Made by a program: the position numbers and the translations under genes
The notes under the pieces: model-generated
What the model saw: the letters and a program-made list of their open reading frames with translations, nothing else
Database searches by the model: none
Told to the model about the DNA's origin: nothing
Origin: Candidatus Latescibacterota bacterium
GTDB lineage: Bacteria > Latescibacterota > UBA2968 > GCA-2709665
Assembly (NCBI GenBank): GCA_965203805.1
Contig: OZ241917.1
Span: 704,001-768,000, forward strand
Length of the DNA stretch: 64,000 nucleotides
Direction: 5' to 3'
In this document: one piece after another, positions 18,777 to 29,405 of the stretch
How positions within the stretch are numbered: the stretch's first letter is position 1
Layout of the letters: the number at the start of each line of letters is the position of its first letter

Positions 18777-19547
18777 TCAGAGGCGCCGCAGATGGAAACC
18801 GCCGTCGACGGGAATCGCCGCGCCGGTCGTAAAGTCGAAGTACCCCAGGGCGACGGCGGCAACGGCTTTCCCAACGTCATCCGGTATGCCCCAGCGCCGG
18901 ATGGGCGTAAGCCCTTCCGCGATCCGGCGATCATAAGTTTCCCTGACCGGGCCCGTCATGTCTGTTTTGATAATGCCCGGTCGGATTTCATTGACGGTGA
19001 TTCCGTGCTCAGCCAATCTGACGGCGAACAGGGCGGTCATCATGCTGAGACCGGCCTTGGAGACGCAATATTCACCCCTTGATGTGGAGCTTGCAAAGGC
19101 TGAAATCGACGTGACGTTGACGATTCTGGCCTTCGCGACGACGCCGTTCCTGGTGAGACGGATCATGTGGTTGGCCGCCAACTGGGTCAGGAAATAGGGC
19201 CCCCTGAGGTTGGTGTTCAGGACTTCGTCGTAACTCTCGGGTGTGGCTTCGAGAATGTCCGCGCGGGTCCGCGGGGCGATCCCGGCGTTGTTTACGAGCA
19301 GGTCGATCCGGCCGAACGCGTCCAGGGTGCACTCAACCAGGCGCCTGCTTTCCTCCGCAACCGCAACCGACGCCCTGCAGACGCGCGGCCGCCGTTTTCT
19401 CTTCCGGACCTCGTCGGCCGTCTGCTCCGCGGCGTCCCGGTTGCTGTTATAGTTGACAACGATGTCATAACCGACGTCGGCCAGACAACAGGCAATAGCC
19501 CGGCCTATACCCCGGCTCGAACCCGTAACGAGTGCGACTGGCGCCAT
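18777..19547 (-). CDS. Short-chain dehydrogenase (3-ketoacyl-ACP reductase-like)
   Basis: TGSSRGIG, NNAG, YCVSK, IRPGIIKTDMT, VDGG. Confidence 0.92.
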   Translation of the reverse strand: MAPVALVTGSSRGIGRAIACCLADVGYDIVVNYNSNRDAAEQTADEVRKRKRRPRVCRASVAVAEESRRLVECTLDAFGRIDLLVNNAGIAPRTRADILEATPESYDEVLNTNLRGPYFLTQLAANHMIRLTRNGVVAKARIVNVTSISAFASSTSRGEYCVSKAGLSMMTALFAVRLAEHGITVNEIRPGIIKTDMTGPVRETYDRRIAEGLTPIRRWGIPDDVGKAVAAVALGYFDFTTGAAIPVDGGFHLRRL

Positions 19548-19804
19548 GGTCTTTCCTGACCTGATGTTGACGGTGTCCCGCAACGGACCTGGAGGAGACC
19601 CGTAGCGGCCCGCTTCACCGCTGCTGCTAAACCTGCAGGCTCAACGGAAGAATCGCGACATCTCACAGGCTTATGGTTCCAACACCGTGACGGAGCCGCA
19701 ATCAACGTCTGTCTCACCAAAGATATGAATTTCTCCGCTGCGGTGTGCATTTTTTTGGAGAACGGCCGTCGAAGTCTAACTGTAAAAATCCAAGGAGGTT
19801 TGCT

Positions 19805-20575
19805 TTGGGAGAGAACAAATCGAGGAGGATCGCGGGGCAGGTGGCCATCGTAACCGGGGCATCGTCGGGAATCGGCGAGGCAACGGCGATTCTGCTGGCC
19901 GCCGAAGGCGCTCGCGTCGCCGTGGCCGACGTGGACGAGGAGGGCGGACGACGCACGGTGGACAGGATCGCGGACGCCGGCGGAGAGGCTGTCTTCATCG
20001 AAGCCGACGTTAGCGAGGACGGGCCGGTGCAACAGATGGTCGCGCTGACGATGGAAGCATTCGGCAGACTGGATATTCTGCACAACAACGCGATCTGGTA
20101 TCGCAATGCGCCGGCCACCGAGATGGAGGAATCCGTGTGGGACAGGACGTTGAACACGGGGCTGAAAGCAATCTATCTGGCCGCCAGGTACGCCATACCT
20201 GTAATGAAGAGGACCGGCGGCGGATCAATCGTCAACACGGGTTCGGTGCACTCCCTGGTGGGGTTTGAGACCAACACGGCTTATGACGCCGCCAAAGCCG
20301 GAGTGCTGGGCATTACACGGGTCCTGGCGCTGGATTACGGGCCGGAAATCCGTGTGAACGCCGTACTGCCGGGTGCGATTCAGACGCCGCTCTGGGATCG
20401 GGTCGACGTCCCCGCCGATGAACGGCGCAGATTGGCGGAAATGGTTCCGGCCAAACGGGTCGGCACCCCGGACGACATCGCGTCCGCCGTGCTTTTCCTG
20501 GTTTCCGCCGAGGCGTCGTTCATTACAGGAACGTCGCTCGTGGTGGACGGGGGCCTGCTGGCGCGAACGATGTGA
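19805..20575 (+). CDS. Short-chain dehydrogenase/reductase
   Basis: TGASSGIG, NNA, YDAAK, PGAIQT, VDGG; TTG start after AAGGAGG. Confidence 0.92.
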   Translation: MGENKSRRIAGQVAIVTGASSGIGEATAILLAAEGARVAVADVDEEGGRRTVDRIADAGGEAVFIEADVSEDGPVQQMVALTMEAFGRLDILHNNAIWYRNAPATEMEESVWDRTLNTGLKAIYLAARYAIPVMKRTGGGSIVNTGSVHSLVGFETNTAYDAAKAGVLGITRVLALDYGPEIRVNAVLPGAIQTPLWDRVDVPADERRRLAEMVPAKRVGTPDDIASAVLFLVSAEASFITGTSLVVDGGLLARTM

Positions 20576-20723
20576 GGCGCACTGCCGATGCGCACGTCTT
20601 CTCTCCGGTCCCGGATCGCCGGATGAGGACGCGGCAGCGAACGCCGCCGTCATACGCAGAAGGCATCGCGGGCACGAGTACGGGGTCGCCGGAATTATCG
20701 CCAGGCGCATGGCGCCGTCCGGA

Positions 20724-22460
20724 TTACGTGTGGAAATCCCCGGCCGAATCCCTGAGTCGCGCCGTTGCCGGACCGTTCACTTCGAGCGCGTCCGGTTTGA
20801 CGACAACGCCGTATTCGGTTTCAGCGGCCTCCCTTTGCAAATACCCGCGCTTCACGTCTTCCAGCACCGCCTTCGCCGGACGCAGGTGCGGGGCGCCGTA
20901 CCCGCCGCCTCCCGGGGTTTCAAGGCGGAGGCAATCGCCTTCGACCATATGTACGCCCTCGTCCTTTGTGATATGCGGTGGACGGTACGCTTCCCCGCGA
21001 AGGGTGAAGGTGTGTTCCGCCGGCATTCCAGGTTTCCCGCCGTGCACGCCGAAGGGTCGAAACCGTCCCCGGTCTCCCAGAAGAGAAGCGCTGGCCTCAC
21101 CGCGCCGAAGAAGGAATTCGAACACCACGCCGAATCCACCCCGCCGGCAGCCGGGTCCTCCGGAGTCCTCGCGCAGGGCGTAGGTTTTGAAGAGAACCGG
21201 ATACCTGGATTCGAAAATCTCGAGAGCCTGCGTGCGCGCGACGGCGATCGTGGGGTTGCCGTTGGTGAGCCCGTCTGTCAGGTAATTGCCGCCATAGCCC
21301 CCGCCAATGAAGGAGTAGAAGACGAAATACCCTGTTTCGGGATCGTCTCCGCCGACGGAGAGATTCGTGACGGTTCCCATGGGTCCCGCGTAACAGCGGT
21401 CCGGCACGGCCTGGCTCATTGCGCCGAGCACGGCGTCGATCATCCGCTGACAGACTTCCGCCGCGCAACCCGAGACCGGACGCGGCGGAAGGGCGTGGAG
21501 AAAGGTGGTGGACGGGACATTGAAGGAAAACGGCTTGAAACAGCCCTTGTTGATGGGCACGTCCGGGAAAAAATGCTTGAAGGCGATGTATACGCCGGCC
21601 ATGGTCGTACTCAGCACGCTGTTGAGCGGTCCTCGACAGGGCGGGCTGCTGTCCGCGAGGTCGACGTGGACGCTGTCGCCGTCAACGGTCATTTCGAGAT
21701 GAATGTGCAGCGGTTTCCAATCCACGCCGTCGCTGTCCATGTGCTCGTCGAAGCAGTACCTCCCGTCGGGAATGGTCGAGATGTGTTTCCGCATCAGCCG
21801 TTCGGAACGAAGCTCCAATTCGCTGACGGCTTCGAACACGGTCGCTTCGCCGTATCGATCCAGCAGGGCCGCCAGACGATCCGCGCCGAGGTTCAGGGAT
21901 GCCACCTGCGCGATGATGTCTCCCTGGCGTTCTTCGGGCACGCGCACGTTGTGCAGAATGACGTCGACCACGTCCCGATTAAGCCTGCCTTCGTCCAGAA
22001 GCCTGAGCGGAGGCAGCCGCAAACCTTCCTGGAATACTTCCGTGGCTTTCGTGGAAAAACCGCCGGGAACGCGTCCTCCGATGTCCGGCCAGTGTCCGCT
22101 GTTGGCCAGATAGAAGGCAAGTTTGTTCCGGTAGAAGAAAGGTTTGATCAGTTTAACGTCCATCAGATGGGTGCCGCCGAGGTAGGGGTCATTGACAATG
22201 TAGACGTCGCCATCGGCGGGCTCGGTAAAGTGGGCGATCGTAGAGCGCACCGTGTGTTGCATCACGCAGATGAAATTCGGCAGGCCGCGCGGCCCCTGCA
22301 CGATGACCGAGCCGTCGCCGGCGGCATAAATGCCGCTGGCCCGGTCGAAACCGTCTGAAATCACCGGTGAGAACGCCATGCGTTCCAGCGTGGCATCCAT
22401 TTCATCGGCGATTTGTTCCAGGCTGCCGCGGATGACAGCCAGCGTGATCGGATCCATCAC
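20724..22460 (-). CDS. Hydantoinase B/oxoprolinase family subunit
   Basis: EMDATLERMAFSPVI, NDPYLGGTHLMD, GHWPDIGG, EGLRLPP, DSGGPG, ETPGGGGYG. Confidence 0.93.
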   Translation of the reverse strand: MMDPITLAVIRGSLEQIADEMDATLERMAFSPVISDGFDRASGIYAAGDGSVIVQGPRGLPNFICVMQHTVRSTIAHFTEPADGDVYIVNDPYLGGTHLMDVKLIKPFFYRNKLAFYLANSGHWPDIGGRVPGGFSTKATEVFQEGLRLPPLRLLDEGRLNRDVVDVILHNVRVPEERQGDIIAQVASLNLGADRLAALLDRYGEATVFEAVSELELRSERLMRKHISTIPDGRYCFDEHMDSDGVDWKPLHIHLEMTVDGDSVHVDLADSSPPCRGPLNSVLSTTMAGVYIAFKHFFPDVPINKGCFKPFSFNVPSTTFLHALPPRPVSGCAAEVCQRMIDAVLGAMSQAVPDRCYAGPMGTVTNLSVGGDDPETGYFVFYSFIGGGYGGNYLTDGLTNGNPTIAVARTQALEIFESRYPVLFKTYALREDSGGPGCRRGGFGVVFEFLLRRGEASASLLGDRGRFRPFGVHGGKPGMPAEHTFTLRGEAYRPPHITKDEGVHMVEGDCLRLETPGGGGYGAPHLRPAKAVLEDVKRGYLQREAAETEYGVVVKPDALEVNGPATARLRDSAGDFHT

Positions 22461-22517
22461 AGGGTTGCTCCCGATTGCGGTACGACAGGCGGACGCGATC
22501 GTGTTCGCGACCGTCGC

Positions 22518-24614
22518 CTACGCCGGAGCGCGGCGTCGGTCCGCCTGTCGGATGGTCTCGATGAGAAAGCTGCCGCCGTCCAACACGCTGGCGCGACTGG
22601 AGGGATCCAGCCAGACGGTGGTGTCGGATTGTTCGATCACCGCCGGACCGGTAAATTCGGAACCCCAGGGTATCCTGGAACGCTCGTACGTGGGACACCC
22701 GACGAAAGCGTCGTCGATCCAGACGTCGCGGCTGCCCTTGTACGCCTGATTCAGCGTTGTCGTCGGCGGGGTCAGCAGCGAGCCAAGCGCACGGTGTTTC
22801 CTCACACCGATTACGGAGGTCCGCAGGTTCAGCAGTCGGACGGGGATGCCGTCCAGCAGAGCCTCCAGACGGTCAAACCCGCTGTGCGCACTTCCGTAAC
22901 GCTGAAGGTACGACGCCCTGAAGCGCATCGCGATGCGATCGGGGTTTGTTTCGCCGTCTGGCAAAGGGGTGCGGATCACGTGGGTCTGGCCTTCGTATGC
23001 AATGTCGGCTTCACGAAGCAGTTGAATGCGGCTCAGGGGGCGGTTTACCTGTTTGAGGAATGCACTCCCGCGCGCCAGGTCATCTTCGAAGATACGTCGG
23101 ATTTCGCTGGCATCCACGTCGTCGAGACGGCGGTTGACCATCGTTACGTAGTCGCGCTTCACGTCCGCGATAGCGCAGCCCCATGCGGATGCGAGGCCAG
23201 GGTGAAAGGGGACGAGCCCGCGTGGGATGCCGAGTTCCTCCATCAGAAAGCCGACCATCAGGGGACCGCTTCCGCCAAAGGCGAAAAGGGCGAAGTCTCT
23301 AGGATCCCGGCCGCGATCGATGGAGATTCGCCGGAGGCTGCCGGCGATGCGGTTGTTGGTTACGGCGACGACAGCCCGAGCAGCCGCCTCGGCCGAGAGG
23401 CCGAGAGGACCGGCGACGTGGGCTTCCAGCGCCGCCCTTGCTTTCGGCAGATCGAAGGAAAAACCCGTTTGGCCGGCGATGGGGTATTCCGGATTGATGC
23501 GGCCCAGCACCAGGTTCGCATCGGTTAACGTCGGCAGACGGCCGCCTCGTCCGTAACCGGCCGGCCCGGGATCCGCGCCCGCGCTCTCCGGGCCGACCCG
23601 AAGGATGCCGCCCTCGTCGATGCGAGCAATGCTGCCCCCGCCCGCGCCGACGGTCTGGATATCGACCATGGAAAGCAGGATCGGAACGCCGAAATCCAGT
23701 TCGGCTCCGTGAGCCTGCGCCGGAATGCCGTCCGCGACCAGCGAGACGTCCAGGCTGGTGCCGCCCATATCGTAGGCGATCAGATCGCGGATTTTGCTTT
23801 CCGCGGCGATGGCCGTCGCGGCGATGACGCCGGCCGCCGGCCCCGAAAGCACGGTCTGAACCGCATATCGTCCGGCTTCATCGGCAGGCACCATGCCACC
23901 GTTGGATTGCATGACGAGCAGATCGGTACGATAGCCCCTGCGCTTCAGGCTTCGTTCCAGATTCGCCAGATAGCGGCTTACAACGGGTTGGACGTACGCG
24001 TTCACGACGGCCGTGCTGGTGCGTTCGAATTCCCGAATCAGCGGCAGGATATCCGCGGATGCGACCACGTACAGATCCGGATAACGATTCTCAATGAGCG
24101 TTTTCGCCCGCCGCTCGTGGATCGGGTTGGCGTACGAGTTCATAAACGAAATGACGATCGCCTCGACGTTTTCCGCCGCAAGTTCCGCCGCGCAGGATAT
24201 GACCGCATCCTCGTCGAGCGGGACCAGCACGTCGCCCTCAGCAGAAATACGCTCCGTCACCTCCAGCCGGCGGTCGCGGGGAATGAGAGGTTCATAGGTC
24301 CCGGTAAGACCGTAGAGATGGGGCCGGTCCCGCCGACGGAGTTCCAGAATATCGCGGAAACCCTCAGTGGCGATCAGGCCGCAAAACCCGCCCTTGCGTT
24401 CGAGGACCGCGTTCGTGGCCACCGTGGTTCCGTGAATGACGAGATCGGTTTCGCCGTCGGCGGCGCCGAGGGCATCCAGCCCTTCTATCAATCCTTGAGA
24501 CGGATCTTCCGAAGTCGTCGGGATTTTTCCCACGATCAGGGACGGCCCGGCGTCATCCAGAATCAGGATGTCCGTAAACGTTCCGCCGATATCGACGCCG
24601 ACAATCCGTGACAT
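22518..24614 (-). CDS. Hydantoinase A/oxoprolinase family (ATP-dependent) subunit
   Basis: GVDIGGTFTD, HGTTVATN, EFERTSTAVVNAY, SGPAAG, DMGGTS, GAGGGSIA, GPESAGADPGPA, FGGSGP. Confidence 0.94.
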   Translation of the reverse strand: MSRIVGVDIGGTFTDILILDDAGPSLIVGKIPTTSEDPSQGLIEGLDALGAADGETDLVIHGTTVATNAVLERKGGFCGLIATEGFRDILELRRRDRPHLYGLTGTYEPLIPRDRRLEVTERISAEGDVLVPLDEDAVISCAAELAAENVEAIVISFMNSYANPIHERRAKTLIENRYPDLYVVASADILPLIREFERTSTAVVNAYVQPVVSRYLANLERSLKRRGYRTDLLVMQSNGGMVPADEAGRYAVQTVLSGPAAGVIAATAIAAESKIRDLIAYDMGGTSLDVSLVADGIPAQAHGAELDFGVPILLSMVDIQTVGAGGGSIARIDEGGILRVGPESAGADPGPAGYGRGGRLPTLTDANLVLGRINPEYPIAGQTGFSFDLPKARAALEAHVAGPLGLSAEAAARAVVAVTNNRIAGSLRRISIDRGRDPRDFALFAFGGSGPLMVGFLMEELGIPRGLVPFHPGLASAWGCAIADVKRDYVTMVNRRLDDVDASEIRRIFEDDLARGSAFLKQVNRPLSRIQLLREADIAYEGQTHVIRTPLPDGETNPDRIAMRFRASYLQRYGSAHSGFDRLEALLDGIPVRLLNLRTSVIGVRKHRALGSLLTPPTTTLNQAYKGSRDVWIDDAFVGCPTYERSRIPWGSEFTGPAVIEQSDTTVWLDPSSRASVLDGGSFLIETIRQADRRRAPA

Positions 24615-24948
24615 GACGTTACCCCTGCCGGGTGGCTGGCGTTCAGTCCGGAAATCCTCTTGAATGAATCCGGGTGACCCGTCGGGAGCGTGGCGGGCTT
24701 TTTGCGAGACAGGTTACAAACGTTGGTGTGATGAACGACAGCCAGAACTTAGACGTTCCGCCGATGCGCGTCAACCCAAAAACGCGCATCGGCGATGAAT
24801 CAGGCTTCCGGCCGGTATTCAGGACCAGGCGGCCGGCGAAGTGCCCGTCTCCCCCTTTTCAGTTTGACCGGGTCGGGTACTTCCTTTAGATTTGAGTGGT
24901 TCTGTCCCGGAACAGACGCGATCCTTATGCGTGCCGAGGGAATTCCGT

Positions 24949-25689
24949 ATGCCAAGAGGCCGTTGCCATTTCGCGTTGCTGGCGGATCTGCACGATCGGT
25001 TTCGTTCGGAATGCCCTGGTGCGGCTGCACTTGCGGATGCGTTTACGCCGGACATGCTTGCAGGCGCGTGTGCGCCGGACGGACTGCGTCTTGTCGGCAA
25101 CCAGGGCAAATTCGCCACCCATTTTTACACGGACCGCCGAAAGGAGACGTGGGGACGGTCGGTTGCAGGACTGTTCGCAGCCCATCCGGACCTCGGCGAT
25201 CCGGGCCGCCTTTCCGACGCGGATGTGGCGGTGATGATCGGGTATATCTCCCATCTGACGGTGGACGAGGCATTTCGGGATGAAGTCACGGTGCACGTCT
25301 ATGGCGTCGATAACTGGCGTCCAGTGATCATGGGGCTATGGTCGATGGTGGACGAGTTTTCGATCGACAATGACACGTACAAGACCGAAGTTCATCGGTT
25401 CATGCGCCGAGACAACGTCGGGTTCATCGATTGCGGGGTCGTGAGCCGGTACCTGGACATGGTGAAGCCGTGGGCGATCGTCGAAGACCCCTGGGAGGTC
25501 GAACGGATCTTTCTGAATCTGAGGCGCAGTGAACTGCAGGAAGCGGAAGCGCGCGGCGTCTGGGAACATAACCTGAGGTTGGCGGCGCCGTTTATGGATG
25601 GCGAACGTCGGACGCTTTTTCGCAGATCGGCCGTGAACGAGGGGATGGCGGAAACCATACGATATCTCGAAGGCGTTTATGCGCCGTAA
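24949..25689 (+). CDS. Zinc-dependent phospholipase C-like family protein
   Basis: N-terminal MP..xH, GACAPD, ATHF and GYISHLTVD match the Zn_dep_PLC metal-ligand pattern. Confidence 0.6.
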   Translation: MPRGRCHFALLADLHDRFRSECPGAAALADAFTPDMLAGACAPDGLRLVGNQGKFATHFYTDRRKETWGRSVAGLFAAHPDLGDPGRLSDADVAVMIGYISHLTVDEAFRDEVTVHVYGVDNWRPVIMGLWSMVDEFSIDNDTYKTEVHRFMRRDNVGFIDCGVVSRYLDMVKPWAIVEDPWEVERIFLNLRRSELQEAEARGVWEHNLRLAAPFMDGERRTLFRRSAVNEGMAETIRYLEGVYAP

Positions 25690-25703
25690 CAAGGGAGTTC
25701 TTT

Positions 25704-26726
25704 ATGGCAGCGTACCGTGTGGGTGTGATTGGTTGCCGCGGGATTGGCGTTGAACATGCATCCGGCCTGGTCGGCCTGACCAATGTGACGCTGGCGGCCG
25801 CGTGCGACCTGGACGAGACGACGCTTGCGGCTTTCGGAGACCGGTGGCGATCCGATTGGCCCGATCTCAATCTATACACCGATCACCGTGAAATGATGGA
25901 GAGGGAGGGGCTCGATATCGTCACCGTGGCGACGTCCGACCACCGGCACGCCGAACTCGTCGTTGACGCGGCCGACGCGGGCGCGAAGGGGATCTTCTGC
26001 GAAAAACCCCTCGCGACCAATCTGGCGGATGCCGACAGGATGGTGTACGCCGCTGAACGCAACGGCGCGATCCTTTCCGTCGATCACACGAGACGCTTTC
26101 AACCGCTATGGCGCCACGTCAAGGAACAGATCGTGGATGGCGGAGAGGTCGGTCCGGTACAGTACATCGTGGGGGCGCTGAACGGACCGCGATCGATGTT
26201 GTTCCGAAACGGCACACACCTCGTGGATTCGATATGCTATTTCGCAGATTCGGAGCCGGATTGGGTGTTCGCGGAACTGGAATCCGGATATGAGGATTAC
26301 ACGGAGTACAGGGGCGACGGCGGCCACGATCCGGCAACAGAGCCGTCGGCCAGCGGCTATATCCACTTCGCCAACGGCGTGCGGGGATTCTTCGCCGGTG
26401 GTTCGAAAGTCTCCGCGGCTCCGAAGTTCAGGTGCGAGATCGTGGGGACAACCGGATGCGTCGATGTCGGCCGCAGCGACGCCGTGCTGATTCGCGGTGA
26501 CGAACGGGAAGAGATCCGGGCGCCCGAGTGGCCCGTAAGCGGCATTCGCGCAGGCGTACAGGAATTGGTGCGCGTGGTCGCTGAGGGCGGGCGGCCGGTC
26601 TCACCGGCAAAGGACGCACACCGGGTCGTGGAGATCATGATCGGTTTTCTCGAGTCGCAACGGTTGGGTAACGTACGGGTGGATCTGCCCATTCCACTCG
26701 ATCGAAGGGGTAAACGGCAGACATAA
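25704..26726 (+). CDS. Gfo/Idh/MocA family oxidoreductase
   Basis: VGVIGCRGIG, FCEKP, HTRRF, GTHLVD. Confidence 0.93.
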   Translation: MAAYRVGVIGCRGIGVEHASGLVGLTNVTLAAACDLDETTLAAFGDRWRSDWPDLNLYTDHREMMEREGLDIVTVATSDHRHAELVVDAADAGAKGIFCEKPLATNLADADRMVYAAERNGAILSVDHTRRFQPLWRHVKEQIVDGGEVGPVQYIVGALNGPRSMLFRNGTHLVDSICYFADSEPDWVFAELESGYEDYTEYRGDGGHDPATEPSASGYIHFANGVRGFFAGGSKVSAAPKFRCEIVGTTGCVDVGRSDAVLIRGDEREEIRAPEWPVSGIRAGVQELVRVVAEGGRPVSPAKDAHRVVEIMIGFLESQRLGNVRVDLPIPLDRRGKRQT

Positions 26727-26913
26727 ACACGGGAAATCGGCGATAAAGCTTGCCCGGTGCATCAAAAGAACCTATTATAATCCTTCTCGATCAGATCCGG
26801 GCGGGTGTGCTCTCCCGGTCCGGTCACTCTATCAGGCAGGTTTGCGTGCGCCAGAGTCCCATTGCGCATCGCCTTCCAGGAGCAGCGCATCGACAGGAGA
26901 GGAGAACGGGGTG

Positions 26914-27303
26914 ATGTTTAACTTTGAACATACGGCATTTCTGGTTGAAGATGCGAGGGCCGTATCGGATTGGTGGTGCAGACACCTGGGCATGGACGTG
27001 GTGCGGTACGGAGGTCCCCCGTCGCACATGACCTTTCTGAGAGACGCCTCCGGAAAAACCATGTTCGAGATCTATGAGAAGGACTCGCTGGATACGCCCG
27101 ACTACGCATCGATGCATGTCTCGATTCTCCACTTCGCTTTCTATACTGACGATATCGAACGGGAACGGGAACGGCTGCTTGCCGCGGGGGCGTCAATCGT
27201 GGACGACGTGTATACAACGGACGTCGGCGATCAGCTGGCGATGCTTCGCGACCCCTGGGGGGTGGCGATTCAGGTCCTCAAGCGGAAGGATCCCATGGGT
27301 TGA
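26914..27303 (+). CDS. VOC/glyoxalase family protein
   Basis: FEHTAFLV, MFEIY, LHFAF, DPWG; RBS AGGAG. Confidence 0.88.
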   Translation: MFNFEHTAFLVEDARAVSDWWCRHLGMDVVRYGGPPSHMTFLRDASGKTMFEIYEKDSLDTPDYASMHVSILHFAFYTDDIERERERLLAAGASIVDDVYTTDVGDQLAMLRDPWGVAIQVLKRKDPMG

Positions 27304-27359
27304 GGACAATCCGCCTGCAAATGACGGGCGGGTAGCCGCAATCGCCGCGGCTCGGAGGG

Positions 27360-28418
27360 ATGATGCCGATCATCGACGTTGAGTCGTTGGAACAGATTTG
27401 CGCAGAGGTCATGACGGGTGCGGGTGTGTCCGTCGCTGAGGCGCGCCGGATTTCTCATTCGCTTGTTCTCGCGAATCTGATGGGCCATGATTCCCATGGC
27501 GTGATCAGGCTTCCGCAGTACGTGCAGGCACTCGAGGACGGTATTGTAAAGGCGGGGCGTGACATTCGCGTTACCCGGGAGGCCGACGCATCGGCGGTGG
27601 TTGACGGGCAGTGGGGCTTCGGGCAGACGGTTTGCGCTCAGGCCATGGAACTGGCGCTGAAAAAAGCCCGCGAGAGATCCGTCGCTGCGGTCGAGTTGTT
27701 CAACAGCAGCCATATCGGACGCCTCGGGGAATACGTGGAACAGGCCGCGGAAAGCGGGCTCATCGGTATTGTTATGTGCAACAACCACGGCGGCGGCCGG
27801 CTGCTTTCGCCATTCGGCGGCATCGACGCCCGGATGTCACCGAATCCCGTTGCCGTCGGCGTTCCGACGGGAGGCGATTTTCCGATCGTCGTGGATATGA
27901 CGACCAGCGTGGTTGCTGAAGGAAAGATACGCGTGAAGCGTAACCGGGACGAACCCCTGCCGCAGGGTTGGGCGATTGACGCGGAGGGCAGTCCCGCGGA
28001 ACGGCCGGACGACTTCTACGGTCCGCCGCGGGGGGCGATTCTGCCATTCGGAGGGAATTCCGCGCACAAGGGATACGCGCTGGCCGTGGTCATAGACATT
28101 CTCTCAGGCGCCCTGGGCGGTGGCGGGTGCAGCCGCGACGGGGCGCCGTCCGGCGGAAACGGTGTATTTCTGATGGCGATCGACATCCGGGCATTTGCCC
28201 CGCCGGAACGGTTCCGTGAGGAAGTGGACGGCTTCGTCGGCTATTTGAAGAGTTCGAGGCTGCTGCCGGGATTCGACCGGATTCACCTGCCCGGTGAAAT
28301 CGAGTATCGTCATCGCCGTGAGCGTGAAACCGCGGGCGTTTTTCTGGATGACGAGACCTGGCGACAGATCCGCGAGACGGGCGACAGCCTAGGCGCCGGT
28401 GTTTCCATAAGTTCTTGA
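27360..28418 (+). CDS. LDH2/Ldh family NAD(P)-dependent oxidoreductase (malate/lactate/ureidoglycolate type)
   Basis: GHDSHG, VDGQWGFG, SHIGRLG, NP, DMTTS, GKI, HKGY, PGE. Confidence 0.92.
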   Translation: MMPIIDVESLEQICAEVMTGAGVSVAEARRISHSLVLANLMGHDSHGVIRLPQYVQALEDGIVKAGRDIRVTREADASAVVDGQWGFGQTVCAQAMELALKKARERSVAAVELFNSSHIGRLGEYVEQAAESGLIGIVMCNNHGGGRLLSPFGGIDARMSPNPVAVGVPTGGDFPIVVDMTTSVVAEGKIRVKRNRDEPLPQGWAIDAEGSPAERPDDFYGPPRGAILPFGGNSAHKGYALAVVIDILSGALGGGGCSRDGAPSGGNGVFLMAIDIRAFAPPERFREEVDGFVGYLKSSRLLPGFDRIHLPGEIEYRHRRERETAGVFLDDETWRQIRETGDSLGAGVSISS

Positions 28419-28610
28419 GATTCAGTCGAATCAGATCGTCCGTTAAATCTGTGCTTTAGCGTTGTCAGCCTGGAACGCGGTTCGTGCGATGAGTGAGGAA
28501 CGTCGCAACGGAAGGGTACGGGCCGGCATTGGGGAATGCCGCGGTGTGACCGCAGTAATCGTTCTAGAAAATGTATCCGGCGTCTCGAATATGCGAATGG
28601 GAGGTCACCA

Positions 28611-29381
28611 ATGGCAACAATCAGGATCACGCTTCTGGGTCACGCGTCGTTCCGCCTGGAACCCGATACGGGCGAGGTGGTTTATTTCGACCCTTGGCTG
28701 AATAACAACCCAACGACCGGATTGAGTGTGGCTGACATTGCGCAGGCCGACGTGGTGATTGCGACGCACGGACACGACGACCACGTTGGCGACTCCTTTG
28801 CAATCTGCAAGCAGACGGGAGCCGTATTCGCGGGCAACTACGAACTTTGCCTGACCGCCGAGAAGAACGGGCTGACTCTGGGAGAACAGGCGCGTCCGAT
28901 GAATCCGGGCGGCACCATCGACGTGAACGGGGTGCGCATCACCGCGACCCAGGCGTTCCACTCGCAGTCCATGTCGCCAAACCAGTCCCTGGGCGAGGCG
29001 CCGGACGACGAGTACTTCAGGCCGGACGGCGGCGTTTGCGGAATCGTGATGCAGTTTTCGAATGGGATTTCCGTTTACGATACGGCGGATACGGCGCTGT
29101 TCAGCGATATGCAGTTGATCAGCCAGATGTACGGCCCTCAAGTGGCCATCGTTCCGGTTGGCGGGCTGTTTACGATGGGTATCCGGGAGGCGGCCCGGGC
29201 CGCGAGTCTGATTCGCCCGGACATCGTCATTCCGTGCCACTACGGAGACGCGGTGGGTCAGCCCGCGGATATCGATGCCTTCTCTGAAATGGTCGGATTT
29301 CTGTCGCCCAACACGAGGGTTGTCAAGCTCGACCCCGGGCAGGCTGTGACCTATGCGTCCGCCAGCTACAGCGTTTCCTGA
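28611..29381 (+). CDS. Metallo-beta-lactamase-fold metal-dependent hydrolase (UPF0173-like)
   Basis: LGHAS, DPW, THGHDDHVGD, DTALF, PVGG.FTM, IPCHY. Confidence 0.9.
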   Translation: MATIRITLLGHASFRLEPDTGEVVYFDPWLNNNPTTGLSVADIAQADVVIATHGHDDHVGDSFAICKQTGAVFAGNYELCLTAEKNGLTLGEQARPMNPGGTIDVNGVRITATQAFHSQSMSPNQSLGEAPDDEYFRPDGGVCGIVMQFSNGISVYDTADTALFSDMQLISQMYGPQVAIVPVGGLFTMGIREAARAASLIRPDIVIPCHYGDAVGQPADIDAFSEMVGFLSPNTRVVKLDPGQAVTYASASYSVS

Positions 29382-29405
29382 AACCGGAAAGACAGGGAGG
29401 TCCGC

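Noticed and set aside
20373-23528. 661-aa and 371-aa plus-strand ORFs
   Set aside because: Antisense to the hydantoinase A/B genes, with no family signature
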